A stretch of 63,950 nucleotides of DNA, the filler included, from Kipferlia bialata (taxonomy: Eukaryota): NCBI GenBank assembly GCA_003568945.1. It is 5 parts of 5 records of this genome, joined end to end, with 100 filler letters (N's around TTAATTAATTAA, not from the genome) between each part and the next. Parts side by side here need not be neighbours in the genome. Positions count along the whole stretch, not along the records: positions 32,134 to 48,054 come from BDIP01000648.1; positions 48,155 to 57,370 come from BDIP01000659.1; 3 more parts are not named here. One strand, given 5' to 3'. A model generated the notes under the pieces. It saw only the letters and a program-made list of their open reading frames with translations. It did no database searches and was not told the origin of the DNA. Both the position numbers and the translations under genes were made by a program. Of the stretch, positions 40,258 to 55,198 are shown one piece after another; position 1 is the stretch's first letter; each line of letters starts with the position of its first letter.

Positions 40258-40260
<3 letters not shown>
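36646..40260 (-). CDS. SLC52: SLC52 (RFVT/GPR172)-family riboflavin transporter-like membrane protein
   Basis: LHLCLGFGPFTLINALWSEAPFFIK|TLPEGDAISSHITVCYNLANILP, IVGCTAIVFTFSY, TGLTVSGMVTALLGNVQ, LTPSLLPYA and WIGLSNQAGSLLAS parallel SLC52 motifs (INGLWVELP..LPEG, DCTSSV, GLSG, QxGSLLG). Confidence 0.78.
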
Positions 40261-40295
<35 letters not shown>

Positions 40296-41058
40296 TTTCT
40301 CTCTTCCTTTCTCTGTTTGGCTTACTCTCTCTCTTACTCTCTTTCCGTCTCTCCTACTCTCCCTATACAGTATGGATACGAGAGAGTGAGCAGGCAAGTC
40401 TATACTCCACTTGATACCACTCGCACTGATAGAGGCCATGCCAGGATCTAGGGTTTTTGTTTCGACATTCAGCACCCTTTTGCGAACCGTTTGTCGAACC
40501 GTTCATTACTAAGTAGATCTACTGAGTGAAAGCGACACACCTAAATAAGGACCTAATACCCACACTCAGTATCACATTCAGAAGAGCTTTTCCATTACAA
40601 AATAATGGGGATCTATTGTACACGCATAATAAAGTAGTTGGTACATAATACAGACTCAGCACAAAGGAACACACCGTGATAAGGTAGGAAGTAAAGGTTC
40701 ACGGATACTCACTAAAGGACTCTGGGCAGGTCTACCAGGTCTAGAGAGTACCCATCATTCCTCGAGTCTGTCGCATACATATACACTGAACACTTACAGA
40801 TATATGTTCGGTTAGTAGCTCTAGACCCTTTCCAGAGGCATGTCCTCATAGGTGTAAAGATGCGCACACCTAGTGCCAAACACCGCCCTTACCAGTTCTC
40901 GGAAGGTACTGAAACACGCACTCCGTGACGAGAGCACTGACAAAGGTACACCGCGGGCTCCGTCTTGGGGTAGACACCACCACTACCCCATCAATATCTA
41001 AAACCTAGATACAAGGCACTTCCCTACACCTCGTGCACCTCTTGTGCCATACAGTGAC

Positions 41059-43927
41059 CTACAGTCCATCTAGCTGCCTTGCCATCTCCGCTATCCCAGC
41101 CAGGACCAGGGGTGCATTGGACACATCATCTGCTGCCTCCAGCAGACACTGTACATCCACGGGTAGGTGCCTGGTGGCGTCAAAGCGAGAGGGCAGGGAG
41201 ACACACTTCTCACCACCGTGGGTCTCGACATACTCCTGAGGGTAAGATAATACTTCAGTGCCAGAGTATATATGTACATACCTTGAGATCCGTGACTGCC
41301 CCCTTCACTGTCTCCATTGTGAGCAGTGTGTCGTATACCGGGTCCCCCGTGTCCACCCCGATGCACAGCAGACCTGTATCAGTATCAGTATCAGTATCAG
41401 TATCAGTATCAGTATCTATTATATATGATACTGATGCAGACCTGTCCCACCCCGCATGTGGTCATACTGGTAGACGGTGCCACGTCTGGCATCGGCATCA
41501 AGGGAGTGGCCCTAAGGGTGAGATATCTATATATATATGTGTGTGTATATACTGGTAGATGGTGCCACGCCTAGCATCGGCATCAAGGGAGTGGCCCTGA
41601 GGGTAAGGGAATATATATACTCTATATATACTATAGACATATGTATATACACTACCTTGCTGTACATGTACTGTACATACACTGTATATCACTGCTGTAT
41701 TGCCCAGTAGTATACATAACCACGAAATATATAGACTCATATACCTTGCTGTACATGTACTGCAGCACTGATGTCTTGTCCAGGGTGGCCAGATGGGCAA
41801 AGTGAACAGAGGGGACCCACGCCCAGACAGGCCTAGTGTCAGGGTGTATCTCTACAGATAGGGGGGGTAAGAGAGTTAGAAAGTAACACAGACCCATACA
41901 TAGGTATACACATGCATACCTGATGAGTGCCGTTGACACAAAGGACAGGGACACCAGGGGGGATACGCCTGGGGGGTTAATGTACCATGACTGGGTGTAC
42001 CTAACAAATACGATCCATGAGTTTCTTTGCATGTGATGTATGAGGCACGCACCTGGCGTGATTGACCTGAGCATAGATGTATATACATATACACCGCTGC
42101 CGGGTATGAGTGTGATAGTACATGACACCTGTAGTGCTTAATTCTTTGTATATAGTAGCGTACGGTATATAACATACCTGGCGTGATTGACCTGAGCTGC
42201 AGCCCCGACACCACCCCCTCCTGCCCTGTGTCTGTGCCTATCTGACACGACATGCCCACAGTCACATACCCAGACACACCGTGGGTGGCAGCGGAGAGAG
42301 TGACCTGGGGGTGAGGCATGTATAGAATATATCATAGGGGGAGAGAGAGAGAGAGAGAGAAACCGTGGGTGGCAGCGGAGAGAGTGACCTGGGGTGAGGT
42401 ATACATATATATGTGTGTGTATATAGAGAGAGAGAGAGAGAGAGAGACAACTTGGGTAGCGGCAGAGAGCGTGACCTGAGTGTTACTCACATACATACAT
42501 ACATCATAGGTATTCAATGCAGTTATATGCTATCATGATGGGTGTACATTATACCTGTCTTGCTGCCAGTATGAGTGTGTCTGGGGCATTGAGTGATGAA
42601 GTGATGTATATGATACACTACGAAATATATAGCAACAAGCTCATCTATATAGTACTATATTATGCATACACTTTCATGGTGTATACTATCAACTATACAG
42701 TACTATATGATACCTGTCTTGCTGCCAGAATCAATGTGTCTGGTGCATTGAGGGTGGCATACCCCACGGACCTGGCCCTAAGGGGTCAGGGAGAGAGTCA
42801 GGAATTATATACATAGAGAGGGTGATATCAAAGAGAATAGATACAAGTCAAACTACATATATGTGAAACTACTATGACAGATACCCCTACCTGTGTCCCA
42901 GTAGACACGGTGCTATGACCACGTGACTGGCCACAGCCACACAGTCAGACAGGTGCACACCCTCGCCCATGCCAGTGCTGCCCTGGGGGTTAGTGTATGA
43001 TAATCATAGACAGCGAGATACAATACATATTCATTCAAATATGCTTTCTCTTTAGATCTGGCGATGAGTTCTGATGAGACTTCATGCCCTACCTCGAGTG
43101 CAGCTGGGGGCACATAGACTGTATACACTAAGCACTGAATACTATACATATACATACTCCAATGATGCAAATACATAGATACATACATACCTCCAGTGCC
43201 GCTGGGGGCACATAGACTGTGACTGCAAAGGACAGAGAGGAACTGTCCAGACACCTAAGAGTTAGTACACAAGATATTTATGCACTATAACTAAATACTA
43301 CAGTATAGCGCCAAAGGGTGCAAAGGATAGAGACGTACTGTCCAGACACCTGAGGGGTTAGCACACATACACATCCACACCTATACATACCATTGCGAAA
43401 TGAATATGTACCTGTGGTATATAGCCCCAGCCGGTACCAGTGTATTATCCTCAGCATCTGCCTCTGCACTTTCTACCACACCCTGTATGGATGGGTGTGG
43501 GGGGCCATACACAGGCAGTGTGTGTGTGTCCTTGTCGACATACACTGCACCTGTGCCCTCACCCCCAGGGTGGGAGGGAGAGACAAAGGGGGGCAGGGAG
43601 AGAGACGCAGTGTCTGTCATGTCTACATGGGGAGAGCAGACATACGGGGGAGGGAGAGGGGAGGGGGAGGGCACCCCCAGGCCATCTGGTATGGCCACAC
43701 CCCCACCCACACCCCATGACAGTGGTGATACAACACGTGCTATGGCCTCTGGGTCACCAGAGAGAGAGGGCAGGTTGCACCGAAGGGCGAACCTTCTGAA
43801 TAAAGGGTCCATGGCCTGAGAGGGTGTGGGGGATATGAATGAGACAGAGCACCCTAGGGAGAGTGCTAGGCCCTTGACCCGGACGTGGCACCTGGCGGAT
43901 AAGAAGACGAAATATGCTATACATATA

Positions 43928-43964
<37 letters not shown>

Positions 43965-46766
43965 ATATATGATAAGGAGAGGAATCATACGAAATTGTGT
44001 CAGGGATGAGAAGAAGACGAAGAATCCATGTTCTTGGCGCTACTATCACTATATCTTGCCCTATTCTTGGTATATATACATATCATTACTTGATACATAC
44101 CTAGCCGACAGGGCACAGGTCAGGGCAGAGAGGGCCAGGGGTCTGGTCCTGGCCCTGTTCTTGGCTGACTGTACCACCCTGCGTCTCTCTGCCTCGGTGG
44201 CACCCCTGGGCACAGCCTTGACTATATGGAGTCGGTCTCTGGTGTATTAGTATTGAAAGAAATTCTTTTGTATATATATATATGTGTGTGAATATATATA
44301 AGGGACAGCCTTCACTATGTGCAGTCGGTCTCTGATGGGTCAGTATGGGTATAGGTGGTAGTATTTGAGTGAGTATCAGTAGCAATATCATATACCTAAC
44401 GAATGAGCACGTATCCCTAGGCGAGTGCCCCTTGGGTGTAACTAGCATAGTATATATAGATTAATATATATATATAAATATATATAAGATATACCTCACG
44501 AATGAGCACGTATCCCTAGGCGAGTGCCCTTTGGGTGTGACAGAGGTGTCTGGGCCTAGGCCTATCACACTCAGACAGTACGAGATGTCAGACTCGACGG
44601 GGTTGCTGCACACAAGGACAAGTCTGGGAATTAGAACAATAACATTCTCAATGTAAGACCCACTATAACCATGTACTCTAATGAACTATGTACACTCCCA
44701 TACCTAGCATTAGCGACCCCCAGCCACCCGAGCTCTGCCAGCCCCACCCTGTCACACACACACACATATACATATATATATCTATATATATGAATTAGTA
44801 TAAACTAGTACATATTAATGCTTCCTCACCTAGCATTAGCGACCCCCAGCCACCCCAGCTCTGCCAGCCCCACCCTGTCACACACACACACCACTAGGAA
44901 TGGCATGGAGAGAGTGGGCTGGGCAGCCATCTGGGAGGAGAGGCGGCGCTGCAGGGCACCGCTCTAGGGTGAGGATGTGAAAAGGAATGAGCAGTTGTAT
45001 TCTATGCTTATACCTTAGCTCTGTCTGCGTGCATCTGTGCCTCCCACTATACTCTCTCTCTCCATATATATATGTATGTACAACACACATCTGCCCTATG
45101 TATACCTTAGCCCTGTCTGCGTGTATCTGTGCCTCTCTCATGGCATACACTAAGGCACATGCCCTCTTCTGTCTGAGCAGGGACTGGCAGAAGGTGACAC
45201 AGGAGCCTGGTATTAATAAAACTCGTACGATTATGTATACAAGTATATAATGTATCTGTATGTATATATACATATATATGCCCTCTTCTGTCTGAGGAGG
45301 GACTGGCAGAAGGTGACACAAGAGCCTGGTGTAGGTATAGATATCACAAGTACAATTATGTTTATATATGTATGGATATCTCAATACGCCCTCTTCTCTA
45401 TGAGAAGGGAGCGGTAGTAAGTGGCAGAAGGTGACGCTAGACCCTGGAGGGTGAATGAGACATCTACGTGTAGTAGGCAGAGATAGTACACTCCATCAGT
45501 ATAACAGTATCTACCTGTCTCCCTCCGTGTGTCTCTGTGTGTCTGTCTCTGTGTGGGCAAGGAGTGTGACAGCTCCCTGTCCACCGTGTATGTCTCAGTC
45601 TCCAGGGTGCCACTGGGGACACCTACCTGGAGGGGTCAGAAATATCAATCACAAACCAGTGAAATATCTCACTCAGACCCATTCCTCCCCTACCTTCAAT
45701 TAAAGAACTATTGTATGCATATACATAATGTACCTCCCCCCCCATTAGTGCATGCACATAGGACTGGTGCACATTGGCGTGGCTGTTGTTCCTGAGGGAT
45801 AAGAGAGAGAGAGAGAGAGAGACTGTTGTTCCTGAGGGATTAGTAACCGACGCTTAAGATGTCTTATACTTCACCAATGTCAAACCTTCTAGGTATATAT
45901 GTATATGTATATATACATATAAAGGTACCTAGGAGCGGAGAACCCCATTGACGATGGTATCCTCAAGGCAGCTGGGTCCACATCCATGGAGGGGTCATAG
46001 AGACCCTCCCTATCTATGCCTGTGTCCACGGCACTGACCTGGTCCAGTACCCTGGCGGGGGCGGTGTCTGGGGGGTGAGGATACGAAAATGTATATGAAA
46101 ATGAAAATGAAAACTATATGACACACACACAAGCCCTGTATTATCGTTCTTATCCTTCATATATACCTCTCACGGTTGCTGTGCAGCACTCGAGCACATT
46201 AGACCTGGATGCCTCTCTGGTACTCATGCTCTGCCTGCTCTCAGTGACCCTCTCTCTCTCCCTCTCCCTGACCAGCTGGTGTCTGATATGGGCTGGTGAG
46301 TGCAGGTACTGCGGCACATAGGGACCCCTACCAGATGAGCTACTGGCCCTGCTACCCAGAGAGACCCTGGCACCCACAGACGCACCCATATCCACCCTAT
46401 TGATAGCCGGACCCCTCTTCTGTACAGCTATCCTGCGTCTAGTCCCTCTGGGTACATGGGGTAGTGTCATATGCACTGCCCCCCCTCCCTCGTCACCCCT
46501 GGCACTGAGTATGGGTGAGGAGGGTGGCCTCTCGATGCACATGTGGCCATCAACGGTGGTGGAGGGGCGGGCCTCGGCACTGCCTGAATAGTAAGAATTT
46601 GGTATATACAATACAGTGGAGAGAGAGAGAGAGAGCTACTACTGTGGTGGAGGGGCGGGCCTCGGCACTGCCTGGGGAAAGTACTAGCTATATATACTAT
46701 GGTAGAGAGAGAGAAAGAGAGAGAGCTACTACTGTGGAGGAGGGGCGGGCCTCGGCACTGCCTAGG

Positions 46767-46805
<39 letters not shown>

Positions 46806-47736
46806 TCTACCCACCTGAGTCCATGTCTGGCACATCCACTGATATCTATATACATATGGGTACTTAATATACACTTCTAGGCTTACTTTAATTATGTATA
46901 TATGTGTGTGTACCTGAGTCCATGTCTGGCACATCCACTGACATCACACTCATACTACCCATACTCATACTCATGGTGCCATGGGAGGGGGTGCGGGATG
47001 GGGTGCCTGGGCCATGGGCAGAGATCGGCTGGGGGGCCAGTCTGGGGTGGGAGGAGGGCACACACAGGATATAGTGCATGGTGCATAGTGTATGGTGAAT
47101 GGTGGGTAGGGTGTAAATAGTACACAGTGAATATCATGTACCTAGTTGTGGCTGTGGAGTGTGAGGTCAGGTCTCTCATCTCAGCTGGGAGCTGTTGCCT
47201 AACCCTCTCTCTCCGCCTCTCCCTCTCCACACTCCTATCACCTGTTATCAGTGCCAATACTTGTGTACATATCAGTAATAGTGCCAGTAGTTGTGTCACT
47301 AAAAGTATCTACACACATATCACTTGTATCAGGACTAGAGTCACTACTTGTGTCAGTATCAGCACATCTCACCTATGGATGCCCTGGCCACAGAGAGTGC
47401 CGCTGCAGGTACAGGGCTACCCACCGCCACAGGTGCATTGGCGCTCTTCCTCTTGGCAGCCAGTCTCCTGGGTGTGGTGGGTGCTGCCTTGTGGCCAGAG
47501 TTCTCTCTCCTACGACCATGTGTCAATTGCGGCTTAACCTGAGACTTAGCATTGCTAAGCAGTCTGCTTTACCAGAGAGTAAATATGCGGCTTAAGTCAC
47601 CTTACCTTAGCCTTTGGAGGTGGCACTCCCTCCATGGACACTGCACCATCATCACCCTTTGTCTCCTTTGGTTCCACACTCTCTGATAGGAACTTGGTCA
47701 GGTCTGAGCTGACATCGCCAACAGGGCCAATGACAC
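41059..47736 (-). CDS. IQCH: IQCH-like protein, 5'-truncated
   Basis: Order and content of LLCHLLP, ARLVLVCS, DRLHIV, CNLPSLSGDPE, HFAHLATL, GHSLDADARRGTVY and GLLCIG resemble the IQCH C-terminal region (GIGYDxEERQGTVF...GMLTIG, from memory). Stop TAG at 41059-41061. Confidence 0.6.
41376..41415. repeat. Hexamer microsatellite (GTATCA)n in an intron
   Basis: gtatcagtatcagtatcagtatcagtatcagtatcagtatc. Confidence 0.9.
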
Positions 47737-48054
47737 CTAGGGTAAGGGACAGAGGAAGACAGTAAGAGAGCAATAGTGTAGTATAGTGTAGTATAGTGGA
47801 GTGTAGAGAGGAATATGGTTGGAGGAGGGGGGCAATGACACCTGGGGTGAGACATCAACGTCTAACGAAGTGAAGGTAGGGCAAGACAGAGATGTAGAGG
47901 AATGAGGGGGAGGTCTCAATGACACCTGGGGTGAGTAAGACCAGAGTATAGGGTGGATTTATACTAAGCCTACTAGTGTGGTGGGGGAAAGACATACATA
48001 AAGTGTCGAGGAAGAATTGGGGGGGGGGGGGGGGGGAAAAGGGGAGTCCGCTGG

Positions 48055-48154
48055 NNNNNNNNNNNNNNNNNNNNNNNNNNNNNNNNNNNNNNNNNNNNTT
48101 AATTAATTAANNNNNNNNNNNNNNNNNNNNNNNNNNNNNNNNNNNNNNNNNNNN
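48055..48154. other. Artificial contig spacer
   Basis: N run with TTAATTAATTAA linker. Confidence 0.97.
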
Positions 48155-48211
<57 letters not shown>

Positions 48212-51200
48212 AGACATCGGCTGGGGGTGAGGGGTACATAGGGAGCATACACCTCACTGATAGATGGACACTACAAGATGTGCTACAGTATAGAGTACAT
48301 GTACCTGGGAGAGTGTGTTAGCCATGTCCCTCTCCTTCTCCCCCTCCTCCATCAGATATGCCTCAGTCAGATACCCAAGGGCACCGTCAAACAGAGCCAG
48401 GGCAAGGGTCAGCGTGTCGCCCTCACACCTGGGGTCAGTTAGCATTCATACATGACACTATCTCTACAGGTATACCCAGCGCACAGAATACATATGATCG
48501 CTTCACTTAGCATTGCCCACTGGCTATATATCCATATTAACCCACTTATACCACTATACTATACCTGGTAATTTCCAGCGAGTGTGTCTCTGCCCCATGT
48601 CTCCATCGACTCATATATATACTTTCATGTATATATATACTAACACATATATCTGTACCTAGCGATGTCGACCGAGTGTGGCTCTGCCCCCTGCCTTCTC
48701 AGGGTGGCATCCTCCTCAGACTCAGACGCCTTGCTGGTCTTCTTCTTGGACTGGGGGTGGGGATAACGCAATACACATTGATATTTATACCAATATATAT
48801 GACTCATCATGTTGAACTAGGTGTGAAACGATAGTGATTTACAAAAGAATACATAACTACTCTTATACAATAAACATACTGGACATGGTAGGGGAAGATG
48901 GATGCAGAATGTGAACACGATTAAGTAGATACTTAAACACAATGATACGTCGTGTTAAGACACACCTTAGATGACTCTCCGCCGGTGACGACCTCGGTAC
49001 CAATGTCCTGAATATGAGAATACTCAAATACATACAATAACAATTAACAATTGAAAGGATGTCCCAAACCACAATGTAACGATTTATCTATATACCGTAG
49101 TATCACTGCATCCATACCGGCTGGTGGTGTCTGAGCAGTGTGAACAGAGCATTGTATATGGCGCCAAATGGAGTGGCATATGCCCTCAACTGTCTGGTGG
49201 TGACAGAGGCAATGGTGGCCATGATGTCCTGGAGGGTAAGAAGAGAAAGACAAGAAGAGTAGTAAGACAATTATCTATTTACACTAATACATATACTAAC
49301 TATAATGTCAAGTGCATAAGGTCCGGGAATACCCACCTTGTGCTCTCTGGCCACACACGCCTTGACCTTTCTGGTATCCAGGGACATGAGGAAGATGTAG
49401 AACTCCCTGGGGTGAGTCTAAATCAAGTAGAGATCATTTATGATAGTGCATGCCGATTCAATGACAAAAGGTGAGTACCTCTACAATACTAAATACTGTA
49501 TACCTAGCCTTTCCGCCCATTGTCTGTCCCCTGTCTGCCAGTATCTGCCACAGGAGGGGGACGGCCTTGAGACCAGACCTGGGGTGAGTATACACGAAAG
49601 GGGGGACCTCGTTGTGGGACGGAGTATGAATATGGATATATACATAATGTAAAGAACGCATGTACAAAAATATATATACACATTCGTGTATATGCCCTAC
49701 CTGTGTGATATGGACCCGTGTGGCACACTGCCACAGACAGAGGATAGGAGGTACCACAGACCGTCCTAGGGGGTGAGGTATATATATACTACACTGATAT
49801 CCTAGTGGATATTGAGGTAAAGTAAACAAAAAGTAAATACTGCTGTATACTATAGTATATGTACATATTCCGGTGTACCTGCTGCTGGTGGGTGACTCCA
49901 TCGAGCTGCCAACCGTCTGCACCGGCACCTAGGGGTCAGATACAAGAGCATAGGAATAGGTAAAGGAATCGAGATATGATGGCAATAGTATTGAAGAGAC
50001 ATATCATACCTGTCTCTCCGTATGTCATGAGAAGGGCCCCGGTCAGAACATGGACCAGTCTGGGGTGAGTAGAGTAACGGGTCATACCAGCACATACTAG
50101 ATTTCATCATCATTACTATACACCTGTATACACTAACTATATACACACCTGTCTGCCCTGTCCTTGTCATGGCACACCAGTGCCCTGCCCAGCATATCAG
50201 GGGGGAGGGCAGACCCGGCAATGACCTTGGATGAGACATATACAGAGAACATGGTCCATCCCAATACTAATTGAGATAGAACAATATATAGAACAAAAAC
50301 AGTGTGAACTTGATAAAAATAACCATCACACTGTACCTGCAGCACCATGGCAAGTGCCCCCCTGTCAAACCCGTCCTGCTCACAGTCTGTGCTCACTATC
50401 AGTCGGTACAGCACGGTGTGGGCGCTCTCCAGGGCAGCACTGACGTTAGAATACACAAACACCATATAAACAACAATATAACGTCATGAATGTACAAGAC
50501 AGAGTGCACACACTCAAGGGCAAAGCTGCAAACACATTTAGACACCATTCACGTACATGTCGTCCTGCCCCCTCTGTGCCTCATGTTCAGCCACATTGGC
50601 AGCAACGGGGACAATACTCTGGGGTGAGAACATGTATACATACAATGGAACTATGAACTCATACAAGAGTATTACAATATTACAATTTTTGATGGATAGA
50701 GTAGTGACCATACCTGCAGGAATGCGTCGACCAGTCCCACTGCATACGGGGTCTCATACCCACTGCCCAGGGTGTTGTCATACCTAATGGGTGAGAGATA
50801 TGTATGAAACATATNNNNNNNNNNNNNNNNNNNNNNNNNNNNNNNNNNNNNNNNNNNNNNNNNNNNNATTACTGTATATAAGCATAATATGCATAGCCAC
50901 TGCCCAGGGTGTTGTCATACCTGGGGTGAGACATATCCATGACACACACATATATACCATACTATATATCACACTGTATATATATAACCTGGGTGAGAAG
51001 GGGGGGGGGGGAATAAGATGTTCCGAGTATATGACTCTCATATATATATATATAATTGTACATGAGATACTAATACCATACCCTGCGTGTGCCTCTGGGA
51101 CTGAGAATGACAGGGCCAACTCGGTGGCAGAGGACAGGCCCTGGGGGTGAGAAAGGCAGAATGGAAAAATCCCAAATTAATATATATTATATGAATATTT

Positions 51201-54068
51201 CATCCCAGTTGGGTGGCAGAGGACAGGCCCTGGGGGTGAGGGGAGGAATAATGGCAATGGTTTGTAACAATGGTCTGTATCAACACACAATATACAATAC
51301 CTGGATGGCTGTCCTGCGCACTGCCACCTTCTCATCTTGGACTCGGTGGGAGAGCACCTCGCAGATGCTGGGGGTTAGAAAGACATAGTGGACATGTCTT
51401 GATACAAAAACTATGCTTGGGTTAAGATTGGTATTGATAAAAATATCACAGATATGCTGGAAAATCTGGAAAACGTCCAAGATGAATGGGGATACACCTA
51501 GTAAATGTCCCTAACTACAAGCATACCTGACCATCTCTGGGTCCTGGTACTTGAGGACCATCTCTTCTAGGTCCTGGATGGCAACGCCTGAGGGTGAGGC
51601 CGAAGACATACCAGCAGAACGAGAAGAGTCATATATAAACAATGGTCACATATGCGAATAGACCATACATCACCCCATACCTATCTCATCCTCTGCGACC
51701 TGTCTCTGTGCCACTGTCTCCCAGTGGCCATCCCGCAGCACACCCATGCTCTTGCCAACGGCCTGGTGATAAGACATGCATTATATATATGTGTATAGAC
51801 GTATACAGACGTGTATATATATATACATATACATGCCATGCTCTTGCCGACGGCCTGGGGGATAAGTATGTGTATTAGCAATATACATATTCAATACGTC
51901 ACGAATACATTCATCATATAATGAATAGTATAGTACTTCTTAAATGTCAATGTGTATATATCCTACCTCAGACAGTGTGTGTGTGCGTGTCAGGATGCTG
52001 GTGGCCAGAGCACAGACCAGTCTATGGTGAGAGGATGTAACTGAAGTTCAATATAGCGGAGCGTTCATGTATACATGCATATCGACTGACCTAACACCTG
52101 CCCGACGAAGAGCAACGGCCTTAGCAGATAGAGCGTGGCCAAGACCTGATGTGAGGGTATAAGTGACGCATGATATTTTGTATCGTTCTACTATCATCAG
52201 ATCAACACACTATGTAGTAATGCAAATATATATATATACCTGGTATGTCCTTCATGACCAACCCCTGCTGCACCATGTAGTCTGTGGATNNNNCCTGGTA
52301 TGTCCTTCATGACCAACCCCTGCTGCACCATGTAGTCTGTGGATATATATGGATACACCGTAAACAAAGATATATATATCGATGTAAACTATAATTAGTA
52401 TACCTGGAATATCCTTCATGACCAACCCCTGCTGCACCATGTACTCTGTAGATATATATGGATACACTATAAATCTATATCGATGTACTATCAATATACC
52501 TGGTATGTCGATCATGACCAGTCCCTGCTGCACCATGTAGTCTGTGGATAGAGACACATATATATATGTATATATATATATATATCATTAGTATACCTGG
52601 AATATCCTTCATCAATAGTCCCTGCTGCACCATGTAGTCTGTGGCTAGAGATAGGGCTATGAGGGCGGTGCTGGAGACAGTGATGTCAGTCTCACTGGCG
52701 TTAGATACACTCATCAGACATACGCACATACATATACATGAGAGAGTGTCATTGAGATCAAAGAGAGGGTAAGACACATACGTGTGTACAATATAGAGAT
52801 GTGTGTGAGAGAGTGTGTGTGTGTGTGTGTGTGATACTATACCTGGTCATGCTGACGGCTGTGTCAAAGAGTGCCTTGATGTCATTCCTCTCTCTCTCCT
52901 TCTCTGCCTCTCCCTCTGACAGAGACTCGCAGTGCTGGTTGAGCAGGAACCCAATCACATCTGGGGGGTTAGTATTGGAAACTGTGCAAGCTGTCAGAGA
53001 CAGAGTATATGTCTATGCGATTCTTTCTACTGTAATCACACATACATATGAATTACCATATGAGAAGATTACCAGCCTGCCGTTGCCGATCTGACCTCAT
53101 TGCTCCCCATATTCTTTGCATATATATACTCATTAGTAACCATATACGACAAACAAACATATACATACACATATATAATGATAACCCTACCTGCCGTGGC
53201 CGCCCTGACCTCCTTGCTCCTCTGTCTGGACAGCAGCCTCAGCAGCTTGACAGCCTGGGGTGGGTGTTAAACATACAGCATCAATGAACACTTTGAGAAG
53301 GCCGTAATGGAAACACACAATTGTTATCACGATTCAGGAATATGTGGTTGTGATCCACATGGCAATGTTTGACATTGAATTCAGGATTGTTATACCTTGT
53401 TTGGAATTGGATCCCCCCTGCCCCTGAGTGTGTCGATGAGACTGCCCACTGTGACAGACAGGGCCATGCGCTCATCCTTCTTGCGGGTGGCCTAGGTGTC
53501 AGTACATATAGTATACATATATATACCATGAATATCCTACATGGGATATACATATCATATGCATAGAGTGTGGCATACCTTGACCATGCCGTGTGCCGCT
53601 ATGGTCAAGAGCTCATCAAAGTGGACACCCTTGCGAGTGCCCTCAGTGTCCTTCCTGGGGATTAAGGGTGTAGACAGAGAGAGAGAAGAAGAGAAGAAAG
53701 AAATGCCGATTACAACACTGGACCTTGAGTATACGTATAGGTACAATGATACCTCCCATCACAGGATCTGTTCTCCTTCTCTGCCTTCTCCATCAGAATG
53801 TCAGTCAGATAGGCGCCACCGTGGAGAGACAGCACAGTGCCTGGGGTGAGACAGTAGTAGCAAGACTAATAGAGAGAGAGAGAGAGAAGAATCCAATAGT
53901 ACTGGACAGTGCCAAAGGTGAGAGGAAGAGAGAGAGTCAAACCCCGTCATAGAAAGAGATGCAACCTACTCACACAATTATACATACGAACTATGCAAAA
54001 ATACAGGTATATATGTACCCACCTAGCAGTGTCATAGCCAACAGGTACACACAATCATGAAACATAAG

Positions 54069-54101
<33 letters not shown>

Positions 54102-55166
54102 ATGTAATAATGTGTTCACTCACAAGTCCATTACCCACCTAGCAGAGTCATTGCATTGTTGTGGTGCTGGTGGTAGTACTCATCGGCTGGGGGTGAGGGG
54201 TAGTTGCAATACATATATATATATATATATTCACATATACATATATGAATAGTACTCATACCAAGAGGTAGTACTCATGTACCTAGCGTTGCCAGTCCCA
54301 GCTGTACCACGGCATCTACCATGGACTCCCTGGACATCCTGGGGGTGGGATACACCACCACGTATACTGACATATAACTATACATATACATGTATCATAC
54401 GAAACCACAAATATCTCACACGGCACAATCATGGACTCTAAACCTGTTAAGGTGAGGCAAATGACACATATACAGGAATTCAAGGTAGAATGTAAAGTTC
54501 CAGTCACTGAACCGCATACGATCACTCACTTTGGTGTCTTGTGGTCTGTGAGGGATGCCAGGGCCATGGCTGGAGGGTCAGACAGAGTAAGAGAGACAGT
54601 GAGAGTAAATACTATTGAGGTAGAGTATACACTGACTGTACCTGCTCCACCAACTACCAGTTCAGAGAGTGTGGCCATGCCCTCTGTCCTCTCTCCCCAA
54701 GTATATATATAGAGTATATATATGAATATATACACAGATAAAGCACCTGCTCCACCAACCACCAGTTCACAGAGTGTGGCCATGCCCTCTGTCCTCTCTC
54801 CCTCCCTCATGCCCAGGGCCACAAAGGAGAGAGAGAGAGTGACGTGGCCCAGGGTGCGGTGGTACTCAGTGTCAAGGGCAGCCCGCTCGGCCTTGCCAGT
54901 GGACCTATGATAAGAGAATGAGAGAGAGGAGCCGATGTCAAGGGCAGAATGATTGGCTTCGCTCCTTGACATATGGTTAGGGCTCTTCATACTTAGTTAA
55001 ATACCTCTATATATAGAGAGAGATAACACATGGTGTACCTTCTTCTGACTGGCGCCTCCTCCTCCTCCTCCTCAGGTGCTGTACCCTTCTTGGCCTTCGT
55101 GGTGGTGGTCTGGGACAGAGACCCGGAGATGAAGTTGGAGATGGCAGCTGGGGGTGAGACACTAGG

Positions 55167-55198
<32 letters not shown>

